A stretch of 64,000 nucleotides of DNA from Octopus sinensis (Eukaryota). Position numbers and translations under genes: made by a program. Shown one piece after another: positions 11,921 to 27,017 of this stretch. Within the stretch, counting starts at the first letter, position 1. Each line of letters starts with the position of its first letter. The notes under the pieces are model-generated. The model worked only from the letters and a program-made list of their open reading frames with translations, did not search any database and was not told the origin of the DNA. Where the stretch lies: assembly GCF_006345805.1 (NCBI RefSeq), contig NC_043004.1, forward strand, positions 19,034,001-19,098,000. The letters run 5' to 3'.

Positions 11921-12539
11921 TATGATTTTTACTTTTATGGTCGATGTATTCAATTCTATATACTTTCGAGTTTTCAGAATACATTTGGTTTTTAAAACAA
12001 CTATATCAAGGACTACCGAATTTTGGGGATTTATTATACCATGGTAGCGATATTTGTAACTTATGTATCTCAGAAAATAAATATTCTGTATTATAAGGGC
12101 AATGTCTTGAACAAACTTTCGCAAAATTGGTTTTGTCGCAATAAATGAATATATGTTAAAATATATCAAATGTTCTCGTGACTGAAAAAATCGATGAGTC
12201 GCATAACACAGTTTTCAAATTCTCAATAAAAAGCATACGTAGAAACAAAATATTTCCTGGAAAAAAAAAAAGATATAGATGTTCCATTTTTTCTTATATA
12301 TTTCTAAAAGGCAACTGGACGAATGTCAAATAGTCTTACACAATAACGTTATCATTACATCAAATAGATTTCTTTTTGTGTTTACAATTCTTATTTAATG
12401 GATTTTTAGTGTGTAGCGTATTTGTATATAATATTTTCGTTTGGGAAATTGATAAAACGTAGAACTATTCGTCACATGCTTTATATGTACGTTCGCGCGC
12501 GCGTAGGTATCGTTTATGTGTGTGTTTATATGTTTATTA

Positions 12540-12895
<356 letters not shown>

Positions 12896-12896
12896 G

Positions 12897-12936
<40 letters not shown>

Positions 12937-13224
12937 ATATTCTTTTTCTTAAACCTAATATCTTTCAGAATCTCCCTTTTGTTATTAATTTCTATTAATT
13001 CTATTTTTATTTGTCTTCCATACGTTTTAAGATTCTTTTCTTTAAATATTTACTTATATCTTTAAAATTCTACTTTTTGATTTGGAATTTTGTTCATAGT
13101 TCTCTTTTTGATATCAATCCTTATATTTCGTAAATATTGTCTGTAAGAACTTTTACTGAGTTTCATTTTGTTATTTTTTTCTATCTTTACGATCTTTTAT
13201 TTTCTAGGTTATTAATGATATACA

Positions 13225-13365
13225 CGAGACCCGTGGCTTAGTGATTAGGGTGTTGGGCACATGATCGTATGATTGTAGTTCCGATTCCTGGACCGGGTGA
13301 CGGGTTGTGTTCTTGAGCAAAGCACTTCATTTCACGTTGCTCCAGTTCACTCAGCTGGCAAAATG
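13225..13365 (+). mobile_element. tRNA-derived SINE (family C)
   Basis: A box GTGGCTTAGTGA and B box GTTCCGATTCC, then GTGTTCTTGAGCAAAGCACTTCATTTCACGTTGCTCCAGTTCACTCAGCTGG. Confidence 0.7.
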
Positions 13366-13607
13366 CGAAATCCTTACTAAATTTCCGTTTTATTCATCAG
13401 AAAACTGCCTTGTTAATTTTACTATTATTGTCTTCCATATTTCTTAAGTTTATTTTTTTTTTAATATTGACTTTGCATTCTTGAAACATTATGGCGCGGG
13501 ATTATTTTTTTAACATGGATTTCTTTTAACCCGAAGAGCTAGCTTACTATCTGCATCAATTTAGAGGTTGTTTATATTAATGCACACATGTAAGTCGTTT
13601 ATTTCTT

Positions 13608-13995
13608 ACTAGCAGTATCGCCCGGCGTTGCTCAGGTTTGTAAGGGAAATAACTATAAAGCATTTTTAGAGAGTTATAGCCAAAAAATAGCAAAAAAATG
13701 GAAAAAAAATGATGGTAAATTTTTTTTTGAGAGTAAAAAAAGGTTGAGTTGCGTCCCCTAGACAGTCTGTGGTTTGTTTTTTTTTATTCTCGACCCCATG
13801 TCGAATTTATCGATTTTTTTCAGAACTGGGGGAACTTTTAAAAATTTTCGCTGCGTTAGTTTTGAATTATGACATTGGGCTATGTGTGTGTCAAGTTTCA
13901 TCAGAATCGGTTGAAAGCCGTGGTCAGGGTGAGGGTACGAGAAAACAGACACACAGAAACACGCACAGACAAACTGCCGTTTATATAGAGAGAGA
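13608..13995 (+). mobile_element. Non-autonomous Helitron-like element
   Basis: 5' end ACTAGCAGTATCGCCCGGCGTTGCTC; 3' region AAGTTTCATCAGAATCGGTTGAAAGCCG, then ACAG/ACAC repeats and TTTATATAGAGAGAGAT. This layout recalls Lep1/HINE-type elements; no TIR or TSD. Confidence 0.55.
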
Positions 13996-14182
13996 TTATG
14001 AAATTTATTAAAATCAAATATCTACAATGTTTTAAGTTGCGAAACAATTGTTAAATAAGAATTTCCAGTAGTTAAATAATTTTTCTCATACTATATCTCT
14101 CTCGTTATTTATAAGTTTATATACACACACATATACACACATATATACACACACATAATCACACACACACACACACACACAC

Positions 14183-14227
<45 letters not shown>

Positions 14228-14683
14228 TATACACACATATACACACATATACACACACGCAAACACATATACATAGCGATATATAGCGATAGTATTCCTG
14301 AAATTAATGCACAAGTGAGATTTCTCTATCAGATAGCATAGGTCGTTCAAACTGCATATGTAGTTTTGAGTAAATATTCTTCTATGCAAAGATAATACTC
14401 AACATAGCCTCCATAAGAAGTGAGGCCTTTGCGCAATGGTTGAACCCAACTCACGAATCCTTTATAAAAGACTTTACTGTCTTTCATCTGTGCACATTGT
14501 TGTCAATGACATCTCCGTAGGCAATGTGTAACCATCTGTAGGTATGGGGCAGCCTACATGAACTCTATAATGACATGTTGCTTCTGCTTAGAATGTATTA
14601 TTTAGCAGCAATGAAGAAAAGGAGGAAGAATTCCAAAAGAGAAAACGTTAACATGTGCAATTTAAACGACAGTTATCAGTTAC

Positions 14684-14899
14684 CTTTCCTACAACTTTGT
14701 TAAAAGCGACAAGAGCCTCCTCTGTCCTGGGAAATCTATTTAACTTGTAGATGGGACCCTGGCGGGTACAACCATTTCCAGCTAGAAGGGACATGGCTGT
14801 AATGGTAATTAAGGGATCATTCCGCGCTCCCAACAACTCTAGAACTCCCAAACTGGTGCCTCGCCACTGGATGCAGATTAGTTTCATACTCAGGACAAT
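14684..14899 (-). CDS. Candidate internal exon, product unknown
   Basis: GC-elevated island with acceptor ttttgtattcatag| and donor AAG|gtaact; 216 bp, open in phase 0-0 (IVLSMKLICIQWRG...EEALVAFNKVVGK). No family recognised. Confidence 0.3.
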
Positions 14900-14988
14900 C
14901 TATGAATACAAAAGTAGAGTATTCTTTTATATAACTGAAAGGCTCCGATTGCCAGTACTCAGAGTTGCCCGTTATAATGTGTGTGTGT

Positions 14989-15045
<57 letters not shown>

Positions 15046-16269
15046 TGTGTGTGTAACATCGCTTAGCGATGTACTGAGTTTAAAACACTGAGAATATTAG
15101 AGGGAGACGGAATTCGTCCCATCAGCGGACAGCTCGAATATCAGCTGTATTTCGACCTTAAAAGTATCACAATCATTAGATAGTGTAAGACTCGTAACAT
15201 TTGTTGGTTATGTACGCTGAGAAGGATGTGTAATTTGATAATGTGACCCGACCACCTAATTGCCGACGAACAGTAAACAATATTTCGTAAGTTCATGATA
15301 ATAAATTGTGATAATTTAGGTTATTTCCCAAATGTTTAATTAGTAACAATTATTGTACCCAGCAGACTTATGCTTATACAACTCTCGGTTCTATGAAACT
15401 CGGTCTCTCAACCATAATACGGCTGCATTAGACGCGGGGAAATTTTTTCATACATTTAAAAATAAAAAGCAGGTGAAACGGTCATGTAAAGAATTTTTTT
15501 TTATGTTGGAAGAAAAATACATATCAAGCATGCTTGTACTAAGAACGCTGCACTGACCAAGTGAAATAAAACCCGAAACAGAATACATCTTTCTTACCAC
15601 TGCAACTATAAAAAAATCAGATTGTGTTAACAATAACAAGCACTAGTATTCGCATCCACTGAAGGAAAACTCAGGTTAATGGTAACCTATTGCAGACTAA
15701 CATAAGTACATTCAAAAGTTGGTATTTCTCCTGAATTATTTAGAATTGATTTTCATCCTGTTAGTGTGCTGCTTCAAATAAATTGATTAGTGTTTTGTTG
15801 TTTATTTTTCTACAATCTACATGAACTACCATTTTCCTTTGAAATATTGAACATCTAATATTTGATGTTTTGTTTTTAATTTGCTCGAACCCAACTGCAG
15901 CTTTTTAAGTGCTCGAGAAATAACCAGAATTTGCTATAGTAGATGAACTGGAACAAAGCAAAGAAACAAACCAGAGAAAAAAGACGACAGCAATTTACAA
16001 AATGTTTAAGGCAATATGAATTTGCTTAATATAGTAAAATGAAATCATTACAAAAGCAAATACAAATATGGTAGCATGCACAAAGTGGAAAAACTTATCT
16101 AGAATTACCACAATAAATAAATAATTATCTGTGAGAACTAAGCTTTCTGTCTTTCTTATTCCCCCCTCTCTCTTTCTCTTTCTTACACACACACATACAC
16201 TCATACATACACATACACATAGATATACACACACACACACATAAACACACACACACATACACATACACA

Positions 16270-16655
16270 TCTTTTATCTTTCACTTGCGGACATACTGGA
16301 GTACCACCTTGAATAATCTTAGTCGAATGAATCGATTCTAGTACTTTCTTTTAGACTGGTATTTATTCTATCGATCTCTTTTCCAGAACCGTTGTTATGG
16401 AAACGTAAGCACACCGAAACCTGTTGTCAAGTGACAATGGGAGATTAGTCATAAAGAAACACGCAGACGCACATACACACACAACACACACACACACATA
16501 CACGACGGGCTTCTTTCAGTTTTTGTTAGCCAAATCTATTCACAAATCTTTGGTCGGCTCGAGGCCATAGTAGAAGACGCTTACCCAAGGTGCCACACAG
16601 TGGGATTGAACCCGGAACCATGTGGTTAGGAAGCAAGGTTCTTACAGCAGAGCCA
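16270..16655 (-). mobile_element. Adjacent SINE copies (family A degenerate + family B)
   Basis: 16495-16655 matches the copies at 28955-29125 and 39195-39365; 16270-16470 resembles 38300-38530. Confidence 0.7.
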
Positions 16656-16986
16656 TCCACAGTTTATTATATAGAGAGAATTCGTTATAAATAACACCAA
16701 TCTCTCCTCAAATAATGAGAAAATGAACCATGGATTTGCATATTTTCGAAAATGCTTTTGTCTATGTCGTTGACAAGTTTGCATCACAACCTTTGCAGTT
16801 CTGGGTACATTCCACATCTCCTTGGGATAGAGTTTTCTTACATAACCCTTTGTTGACTAATGCCTTGTAAGTGGAATTTAGCTGACCGAAATGTTATTGA
16901 AGATACTGGAAGTTGTATGCATTTATTTATGTGTAATAACTTTTCGTTGTTGTAAATGGGCGAACGATATATATATATGTAAAAGA

Positions 16987-17073
<87 letters not shown>

Positions 17074-17074
17074 T

Positions 17075-17924
17075 TATATAACGTTGAAAGATTTAAAAGT
17101 CCAACCAATGCAAATAGATTTTAAGATGAGGCAACGTAAACTAAAATAGTTTACCTAGTAATCTTTGTTCTTATGCGTATCCATTATTTCTGGACATACA
17201 AGTCCCTTCTTCAGGGTTAAAATGGAACTGTCCTTGGTTAAATGTTTCTTGTCGGAGATAAAATAATACTATGATTATATTTGAATTTTCAAGCGTTTCT
17301 CTTCTTCGTGAATGTTTGTGACGTCAATTAAGTTATCGCTTCACAAATCAATTGCATTCTATTCTGTTGCATTCTATTCAGTATACTACATGAATACAAA
17401 TGTGCAACATGTATACATGTGCAACAAATGTAAGGCGTTTTATATAGGCAGCACAACTTGAACTTTGCATACTAGCATTAAGGAACATCTCAACACACGC
17501 TCATTCTCATTCAAAAAACACATTGATAAATGTAAAAATACCAACAAACAAATTAAAGTTACTATTGAAGCCAATGATAGAAATCTCGGCACTTTAAACA
17601 TTAAGGAAGCTTTGATTATCTATAAATTAAACCCACAAATATATAATAGATTGGAGCTGGGCACGCAATACATAACATGAAATACACACACAGGCACATT
17701 TGCTACATATTAGAAAAGGGGTAATGGAAATTGATTTAAGGAGCGATAAGATAATAACTGACGTCACAAACGTTCACGAAGAAGAGAAACGCTTGAAAAT
17801 TCAAATATAATCATAGAATTATTTTATCTTCGACAAGAAACATTTAACCAAGGACAGTTCCTTTTTAACCCTGAAGAAGGGACTTGTATGTCCCGAAATA
17901 CTGGATACACATAAGAACAAAGAT

Positions 17925-17930
<6 letters not shown>
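17075..17930 (+). mobile_element. Truncated Penelope-like element with inverted pseudo-LTRs
   Basis: 17161-17345 is the diverged reverse complement of about 17745-17925. The arms flank a GIY-YIG remnant and contain CTGAAGA-A-GGGAC-TTGTAT-GTCCC-GAAA. Confidence 0.8.
17411..17680 (+). pseudogene. Penelope GIY-YIG endonuclease remnant
   Basis: VYMCNKCKAFYIGSTT*TLHTSIKEHL...LNIKEALIIYKLNPQIYNRLEL: CxxC-FYIG, R/KEH, E and N motifs; in-frame stop. Confidence 0.8.
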
Positions 17931-17960
<30 letters not shown>

Positions 17961-20900
17961 ATATATATATACATCTACAGAATGTCAAAAGAACAAAAAA
18001 TATGACGAAACAAAATGTGACCATTATTTGTTAGACTTGCTCTCATAAATGCAGTGAACTGGCGATTAGTTTCTTGGATATTTGTCACCTTCAAAGTGCA
18101 ATACAAAACAGATAAATACGCATTTAAGGTGCATAAATCTCTAGCATCTGGAATATTAGTTCATGTGGTATTTTGAACAAATATCTAATACCAATATCTC
18201 TTTTAGCAAACAGATATTGGTGATTTCTAGTGTCTGAGACATTTCTTTTGCTTCTCTTTCCTATTGTAGATTGTATTTGTTTATAACGTAAAGGCCATCA
18301 GATAGCAAAACTTAGTTTGTAATAATGTATATCGCAAGTAATTCTATATGTGTCTGCTATTGTATATTTAGGCTTTCTGATATTTTTTTCACGACGCATT
18401 AGACTTTTATCACAACATCTTCTGTATTTGATAATAAGTAAACGTAAAAGTGCGGTAGCAACAATACAAAAGACAGGTCGTAGGAACAGAGTCTACGAAA
18501 CTGTACGTAACCTTCGATAAATGTCACGATTCTTTTTTCTTTTGTGTTGGCAATATCTTTAATGAGTATTTGTTAACACTTTCTACACTTTCGACATGAG
18601 TTTTCATAGATGAACGCCTTCAGGATAAGTTGTTTATGTTAATCTACATGAAAAATAAGCTGAACATTTAACTCAACAAACCAGAACATAATTGCATTAA
18701 AAACTGTTTGAATGCTCTGCATGTAATTTTATGTATTTTATATGGAATTTTACACAAGTGAGTGTGTGTTATCATACTCGTTGTAAGTGAAAATGCAATG
18801 CAAGTTAAGCAGCAGTTTCAGATGATCCACTTTAGATACACCCTGTACACAGATTATGGTCATCATCACTAAGCAGTAGAAAATAATATATTGAGCTGAT
18901 GCAATATCCTCGTTCAGCATAAGCATTTTAATGCTTCGCTAAGTATTGAGCCGATGTGACATTTGGGAATGACAGTAGATAAATATAATATGGAGAAACA
19001 GGACACTCACACATTTCGAAAGTTTGATTATTTTTCTTATTCGTATACTTCGCATAAATCAAATTGTGCTGTCCTTTGGCTTTCAGCTGTCAAAAGCACA
19101 GTTTCAATTTTCGTTAGTCATACATTCTCTGCTGCTCTTGATAAATTTTCATTAAGCCAGCATTAATTGCACATATCAACACTATAGTTTTTAAAATACC
19201 TTTTTTTATGATGAACAAAATCCGATTCACAGAATGCAACTTTAATTATTTACAGTTGTAATTACCGACATTGCACACATGTCAACATCCAAATATTTAC
19301 CTGTGATGACGCGTGAGGATTTCGATGCTGCATGTCAACATGACCAATTTATTCAACATAAAAATTATCGTACAGAACCCAATTAGAAATTGAGACTAGT
19401 CTAAAATTATTGGATGGCTAACTGATTGAAGCTTTATTTAACATCGACACATACACATACATGAACTCAAGTGAACCTATGTAATGTTGTGTGCATTATT
19501 TATTATGAAGAACTGAAAATATGACAAAGATGCTTTATTCATAACTGTTGCTATCATTTAGTATTATCAGCTTCGATCTCGCAGTATTAAGATCGAAGGC
19601 GTTCCAGCTTTGAACGAATCGTTCATTAGTATAATTCGGACTACAGTATACAATGTAACTTACCGTTTTTAAGACGTTCGTTCTTTATGTCAGATATTTA
19701 GCTATTATTACAAGTAGATTGAGCAGAGGTGTAACTATGGTAACACTCTACACTCCTCTTAAAAGCGAAGAAGTCACAGTCACCAATTTCTTACACAACA
19801 GTGAAGAGTTATTTCTGGTGGTACACTTGACGACTGTTAGTTACCTAAGTTTTATTTATCACCTGGAACTTCCATCGCCATGTAATATAATCACTTCTCT
19901 TGCAATTGTCGTTGTCAATTGCCTATATGCTTACTTTGGATAGGGTGATTTTCTTTTATAAAATATCAAATATATAGCACAAGCACAAACAGACGTAGTT
20001 TTACTTTTATTTCGCTTACGATTTTCTCAAAACAGTGCCCAAACGATAAAATGTGATATTTATCTGATGAGTTTTATGATACACTTTAGAAATAAAATTT
20101 CGATCAATTCAAATAAAGCTATATTTATACGCAGTATTTCATTACAAATCTGATTATTCACTCATTACTTTTAAACAACATTGAGCTGCTTCTTTATTTG
20201 ACTTGAAACTGTTATGTTTATCGATTTTTTTTTAAAACGACTCTCGGGCCACTTATCAGTAAATTACATTTTTCTTTTTTCTTTTCCAATATAGAATTGG
20301 AAAATGGATTTTCTCCTGTACAATTTTATGCTTCTTTAGCCGATTCATTGTACTTCAATATATTGTTTATTTAGCACTTATATTCACGATTGTGGTGAAC
20401 AGAATATAATCCATTTCAAATTATCACATGCACACGACAAATCCATATACATATTCCACACAAACACACACACGTGTGTGTATATGTATGTAGGTTGTGC
20501 ATGTTAACATATAAACGTATAGTATAAACGAACGTAATTTTTAAGTTCGTTTTATCATGGCGGCTATATCCACTTCTTTGTTTATCCGTATTCCATAATT
20601 TTACATTTGATTTGCAGTGAATGTCTGTAAATTATACGCACGTACGCATCTATCTATTTGCGTTTGTATGTATACGCGTGTGGGGGTGAGAACGAGAGAG
20701 TATGTGTGTGTGTGCCACTGTGTGTGCGCGTGCGCACGTTCTTGAAACAACTACGTTTCTCATTTATCATGGTTTACTCAAATTTTCGTCTGAGTTTTCT
20801 TGCAGCGGTTTGTTACGAACAGTAAAGTTGTCATATCCATCATCAATTGTCCTCTACCTCTTATCTACTGGATGAAGTTTGTGTCGATGTGTGTTGTTGC

Positions 20901-21191
20901 ATCTTTATAGTAGGCAGAGTCAACGGAATTTAGTATCAATATTAATACCTAAGCCATCATCGGTTTGTCCAATGATGGGTTAGCTGGCCTAAAGTTCGAA
21001 GTCACTGTCGCTACTACTCTTTTATTACAACTGAACATAAAAACAAACATTAATATACTTCCACGCACACACACGCACATATAACTATATATATGGACAT
21101 GTGTATGCAAAGACATACATGTATACATACACACACTCATACACCAAACACACACACACACACATATATATATAAGTATATATACATATAC

Positions 21192-21223
<32 letters not shown>

Positions 21224-21225
21224 GC

Positions 21226-21335
<110 letters not shown>

Positions 21336-21429
21336 TATATATGTATTCTGAGTTTTCCACCACTTAGTCTCCTCGCACCTTAACCGAGCTCTTTACAATC
21401 CCAGGTGAATTTAGATATGTATGTGTTGA

Positions 21430-21600
21430 ATGACTGGCATTGGTTTGTTTACGTCCCCGCAATGTAGCAGTTGGACATAGGAGTCGGATAGAGTAAGTAC
21501 CAATTTTGGAAAAATAATAAAATACACAAGTTGATTCGTCTGACTAAACCCTGGAATGCTGTCTTCTAGCATGGGTGCAGTCCAATGAATGAAACAGGTG
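21430..21600 (+). mobile_element. Degenerate SINE (family A)
   Basis: GTTTACGTCCCCG...GATAGAGTAAGTACC...GCATGGGTGCAGTCCAATGAATGAAACAGG is the reverse complement of the 38.6-kb copy. Confidence 0.6.
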
Positions 21601-21701
21601 AATGATAAAATATTTAAAATAAATGTCTGTGCGCGCGTGTGTTTATATATGGACACGTAAAGGTTACTAGATAGTTGTACGTATTTATATAAGTGTATGT
21701 G

Positions 21702-21750
<49 letters not shown>

Positions 21751-21835
21751 AAATTCATGAAAAAAAAACAAAAGACGAAGTCAGGTGCTGTAGAAAACAA
21801 ACACATGTATTAATATAACGCTCGGGAATTGAAAA

Positions 21836-21872
21836 AGTCTTTAACGTTTCGAGCCTACGCTCTTCCACAGAA
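21836..21872 (-). ncRNA. Minimal hammerhead-like motif, degenerate core
   Basis: CTGTGGA-A-GAGC-GTAG-GCTC-GAAACGTTA with a palindromic stem III (AACGTT). Confidence 0.4.
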
Positions 21873-22002
21873 TGGAACTCAGAAAGAAACAAGGAGAGAA
21901 ACATGAAGATACATACATATATACATACATACATACATATATATATATATATTATATATATATATGTATTTATATATATATTATATACATGTGTATATAT
22001 AT

Positions 22003-22050
<48 letters not shown>

Positions 22051-22304
22051 ACACATTTATATATATATACGTGTATATAATTGTGTGTGTATATATGTAG
22101 TATGAGCATCAAAGTAATTGTATCCAAAATATATCATTTTTGCTTTCGTTCCCTCGTTTCAGTCTTTACACACACGCACTCGCGCGCGCACACACGCATA
22201 CACATGCACACAGAGATGTATTTTCTTTTGTTATAGTATACGCGCTATATATTCATTCTTCAGTCATTTATCATTGTTCTTATTTTATCTTATTTCCATT
22301 GCCC

Positions 22305-22348
22305 GGAAATCTTTCGTCACACTTCTGTGACTTCTCAGCGACACTTCC
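22305..22348 (-). ncRNA. Hammerhead-like motif
   Basis: TCG-CTGAGAA-GTCACA-GAAG-TGTGAC-GAAA-GATT-TC-CGG; perfect 6-bp stem II; related copy at 37944-37987. Confidence 0.4.
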
Positions 22349-22760
22349 ATCTTCATGTATCCTCCTGTTCTGCTTAGTCCATTCAGTCTTTCTATATGTA
22401 TCATTATCTGCTCATGTGTTTGCGTCTGTGTGTCTGTGTGCGCATGTGTATGTGTACGAGTGTATCTGTGTTTTGTTTGTGTGTTTGTGTGTATCTATAT
22501 GGTCTGCTTATCATATTGTTTGTATCCGTGCTCCTTATATATGTATATATTTTTTTTATTTGGTTACTTATTTATCATTGTTTCTTATATTTCATGATAA
22601 ATATGTGCCTGTTTGCCTTTTGTGTGTGAATTATACTTAGCAAGAATAAAATGACAATCTCGAAATATAACAATATCTGTTTCCAGATACGATTTCATAT
22701 TAGAAATCTTGCAACACAAGTTCCAGAAACGTATAGTGCATACATACGTACATACATACA

Positions 22761-22794
<34 letters not shown>

Positions 22795-22797
22795 CAA

Positions 22798-22830
<33 letters not shown>

Positions 22831-23784
22831 CATACATACATACATACATACATACATACGTTTGTTTCATTACTTTCTTCCTCTGATGTGTTCGCTCGTT
22901 CATTGACTTCATATTCCGAACAATATAGATATGCAATTAGTAGAAAGAGAATTATGTCTTATACTCACAAGCGCCTACATATTTTTAATTGAATGCCTTG
23001 GATATTTCATTGGTGCTTTTACTTTCTCGTTTCTTTTGTCGTCGTTATTTTCTCAAGAGACAGGCATAAATTTAACTAAGACTTTTGGCTTCTCAGTATT
23101 GATTTAACAATGAAACTATAAGTATTTTGTACCGAAGAAGAACCTGGCTTGTCTTCCAATTATTTATTTTAACAAAAGCATTAAAAATCATGAGTTATGC
23201 CATAATTGAAAGACAAGACTTGAATACTGTGATGATATCATAGTTAATTGTTATGATCAGCATAATCAACTCTGTTCATATCTGGTAGCGACCTCGGAGA
23301 GTTGGAATGTCAAAGTGCTTTCCAACGAGATCTGAATTTAGGACACAGAAAAAGAAACGTTATGTATTTTGTCTCACGCTTTTAACCTCTATGCCACGCT
23401 TCCACTTTCCTGCATAGACACATCCGCGCATATGTGTGTGTGTGTGGTATGTGTGTGTGTGTGTGCGTGCGTGCGTGCATGGGTGTGCATGTGTGTGTTT
23501 ATATAAGTTATTAAAATGATAAGGAAATAAGAAATTATGTCACGAACTTCATTTGCTTGCAGCTGTTTCTTCTATACGATGCAATACACCCATCGTTGAT
23601 TGTTTGTGTATCACTATATAGCTTCGTCGACTATTAAAAATCAGGCGCAATATAAATTGAGAAAGCTTTCACATTTTTATATATGCACAGAAAAGCACTA
23701 CTCTGGAAAAAGGCATAAACATGTAGAAAATGAAGTCGTGTGTTGAAGCCTCTCCCAGCAGTACATTAAGATAAAATTGTGTCA

Positions 23785-23855
<71 letters not shown>

Positions 23856-23905
23856 AATCAATCAATCAATCAATCATCATCAATCAATCATCAATCAATC
23901 AATCA

Positions 23906-23941
<36 letters not shown>

Positions 23942-23954
23942 CTATCTATCTATC

Positions 23955-24025
<71 letters not shown>
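23785..24025. repeat. (TCTA)n/(TCAA)n compound microsatellite
   Basis: Direct inspection. Confidence 0.95.
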
Positions 24026-24026
<1 letters not shown>

Positions 24027-24639
24027 ATGAGTAAATATTCAAAATAAAAAATCGTAAAGATTTTCTTCTTCTTCTTCTTCCCCTCCTCCCCCTCCTCTTC
24101 CCTCTCCATCTCTTCCTCCTCCTTTTTTCTCTTCTCCCTTCCTCTTCCGCTTCCTCCTTCCCCTCCTTATTATTATCCGCGGCAAATCTAAATAAACGAT
24201 AACAACAATAACATTAGTGGCAGCAGTTGATATTAGCATTAAAAAAAACTATACAATAAATTCTTAATTATATTAGAGGGTATACGAAGCACCAGCTTGC
24301 TAGAGAGTGGAAGTAAAAAACCCCATCTTAACCACTAATCTCAATGAAAATATGTAACGGACCTATAGAAATGGGGCAAAACGAGTGCCATTTAACATAT
24401 TATCTCAGCTAAAAAGCCGTAGAATAATGTAATATATATAAATGGAACATAATTTCGAAATATGGCTAGATCCTCAATTCTCCTCAGCATGTCTTGCTGG
24501 ACCTATAATGAAAAATCGTCTTGAATAGTCCTGCGCCAAATTGAAAACAATATCAATGCATTTTCAGTGATTGCTTTTTTTTTTATCACGAAACCTTTTG
24601 CTCTACAGGTTTTTTCTCTGAAATGAGATATCATTCTAC

Positions 24640-25625
24640 ATTTCGCCTGCGAAGTGTTGTTTTTAACTTGTCACGCTACGTGCAATTTTTGATGATTTTC
24701 TTAACGTAGATTTCCCAAATTCTTTTTCACGTGTCGGTATTAACAATCGAGATGTTGCTACCAGTATCTAGTTGTAATTTACTATTCACTTCGTTTACTT
24801 TTACATGTACCAATTTTCTACTTTTCGCGTCGCTTTTAATTTCCGTTGAGAAAACTTTACAATTTTTTATGTTCGACCTTCCTAACTTTGCTCTGCATTG
24901 CGAGCTCTTGTGTCCTACTTTTCGGCAACTGTAACATTTTTGCGTCTTGAAAGGACAATCCTTCATGAAATGTAGGGCAGCACATCCGTAGTATGGGTTT
25001 GGTCTTAACATTTTTTGTTTATACCTTCCCGGTCGGCACGTTTGTGAGAACTCTTTCTATTCAATTTTCTTTACGTTCTGACGTAAGTTTCTCTTTCTTT
25101 GACACACGTCTATAACTGTTTGCAGGGTTAAACTTTGGTCCGCTTGTTCAAGTTTTGAGAGAATTCGTACACGTAACTCCGCATCTTCGTTTGCCATAAG
25201 CCCTTGTACTAAAATGAGGCACTTAAACGTATCAGGAGCTAGTTCATTCAATTTAAACCTTTCGCACATTCGGTTTACAGTCCTGGAATACGCGACAAAG
25301 TCTTCATCCTCTCTTTTAACTAGATACCAACACTCCCATCGAGTGTTAAATAGGGAACTCGTATCACTGAATATTTTTGATACTTCGGCTATTTCCTGGA
25401 AACAAATTTCTCTAGTTTTTTTTTGTGGGGGGGGGGTATAAAATTACAATATTTTTCGTGCTCAACCGGCGATAATTTACGTAATAATAGTCTTACTTTT
25501 TGTCCGTCCTCATCTAGCAATCCTCCATGAAGATTTTTTTGTACCTTCAAAAGTACGCTGTAGGCGTTATACCTTCCTCTGGGACATAACTGGATTCTGT
25601 TATAGAGTCCAATACGTCAGTATTG
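24640..25625 (-). mobile_element. Ty3/gypsy (Mag/K02A2.6-like) gag-protease remnant
   Basis: SITESSYVPEEG..., SLFNTRWECWYLVKREDEDFV..CERFKLNEL..FKCLILVQGL; zinc knuckles CAALHFMKDC and CYSCRKVGHKSSQC; protease LQLDTGS; stops and frameshifts. Confidence 0.85.
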
Positions 25626-25810
25626 GTATTGTATCTGTATATATATATACAGAAAATTATAAGTTTAAAAAGGTTACATTTTAGTAGTATAGTTTTAACT
25701 GACCTGATTCTAATTTTCTGTGTGTTTATATATATACAGATACAATACCAATATTGCTCTGACCTTTTTAATAATTCTTTCTGTAAACTGTTTTTAACAT
25801 TTTCTTAAGA

Positions 25811-25867
<57 letters not shown>

Positions 25868-26039
25868 AATATTTTGTGACAACCAGTGCCTAACACAACC
25901 AAGCTTTACATGTTACTTTTGACAATCTTTTTCTAAAAATGTGAAACTGGTCAAGTAAACATCTTTTAAAATTGCATTTTCAAACCTTCTTTAATATACA
26001 TATATATATATATTTATATATATATATAATTAATAAGAG

Positions 26040-26228
26040 GAATTACCACTAAAGTGGATTCGTATATGTTAAAGATAGACGTCAAATCGCCTTACCATGA
26101 AGAGTGTGTTCTCGAGAAAAAAAGCTCAGCATAAGCGTTTGCTGAGATTTTTTCTTGAGAACAGTCTTCGTGGTAAGGCGATTTGATATCTATCTTTAGT
26201 ATATAGGAATCCACTTTAGTGGTCATTC
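26040..26228. mobile_element. Fold-back MITE, ~90-bp imperfect arms
   Basis: GAATTACCACTAAAGTGGATTC...GCTCAGCA, an 8-nt loop, then TGCTGAG...GAATCCACTTTAGTGGTCATTC. Confidence 0.8.
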
Positions 26229-26334
26229 AACTTATTATTTGTAATATAATTTTTAAATCTTCGGATGTTTTTGAATATGGTAGACCACTGGTTTAAATCG
26301 ATGTTAATTAATCGATATGAATTTCTGCCCTCAT

Positions 26335-26370
<36 letters not shown>

Positions 26371-27017
26371 ACACACAAATATTCAGATGCATCTACGGAT
26401 GAGCTATATCTTCATAAAGTAATACACTCAAATAATTAGGTGCATTTATAGATATACTCACATACACACACACATATACATATATAGCATACACCTGCAC
26501 ATATACATACATCCATATATCTGTGTGTACATAAAGATGACCATAAACACCGATAGTTATATCTCTCTACATATATTTACATGCGGAAGTACATGGATAC
26601 ACACACGCACATACACACATGTATACGATTTAAGCATGAGATTAGTTCCGAATGTTCTGAAAAACAAACACTCACTATATTTAATCTAGAGATATGTGAA
26701 TGTATGTAAACACGAAGAAAAATAAAGCTTGTTATCTATAGAGCGTCATAGTCCCTATGGTATCGTGAAAATGTGTGTTTAAGCTTGTTTCTGGTCGAAG
26801 CATCTGTTGACTAATTTCTCTTCACTTAATAAAATGCATAGGGATTCCTGCGAGCATAGATGGCAATTTCTAGAAAAAGTATAATACGGATGTGCACCTT
26901 TTATTAACGACAAGATGATACTATAACTTATTCTATCTTCTTTTGGTCTCCATATGAGATTATCCAGTGAGGTATAATAAAGAGTGTCGTGAATTCCATT
27001 TTCTGTGTCTCGTATAC

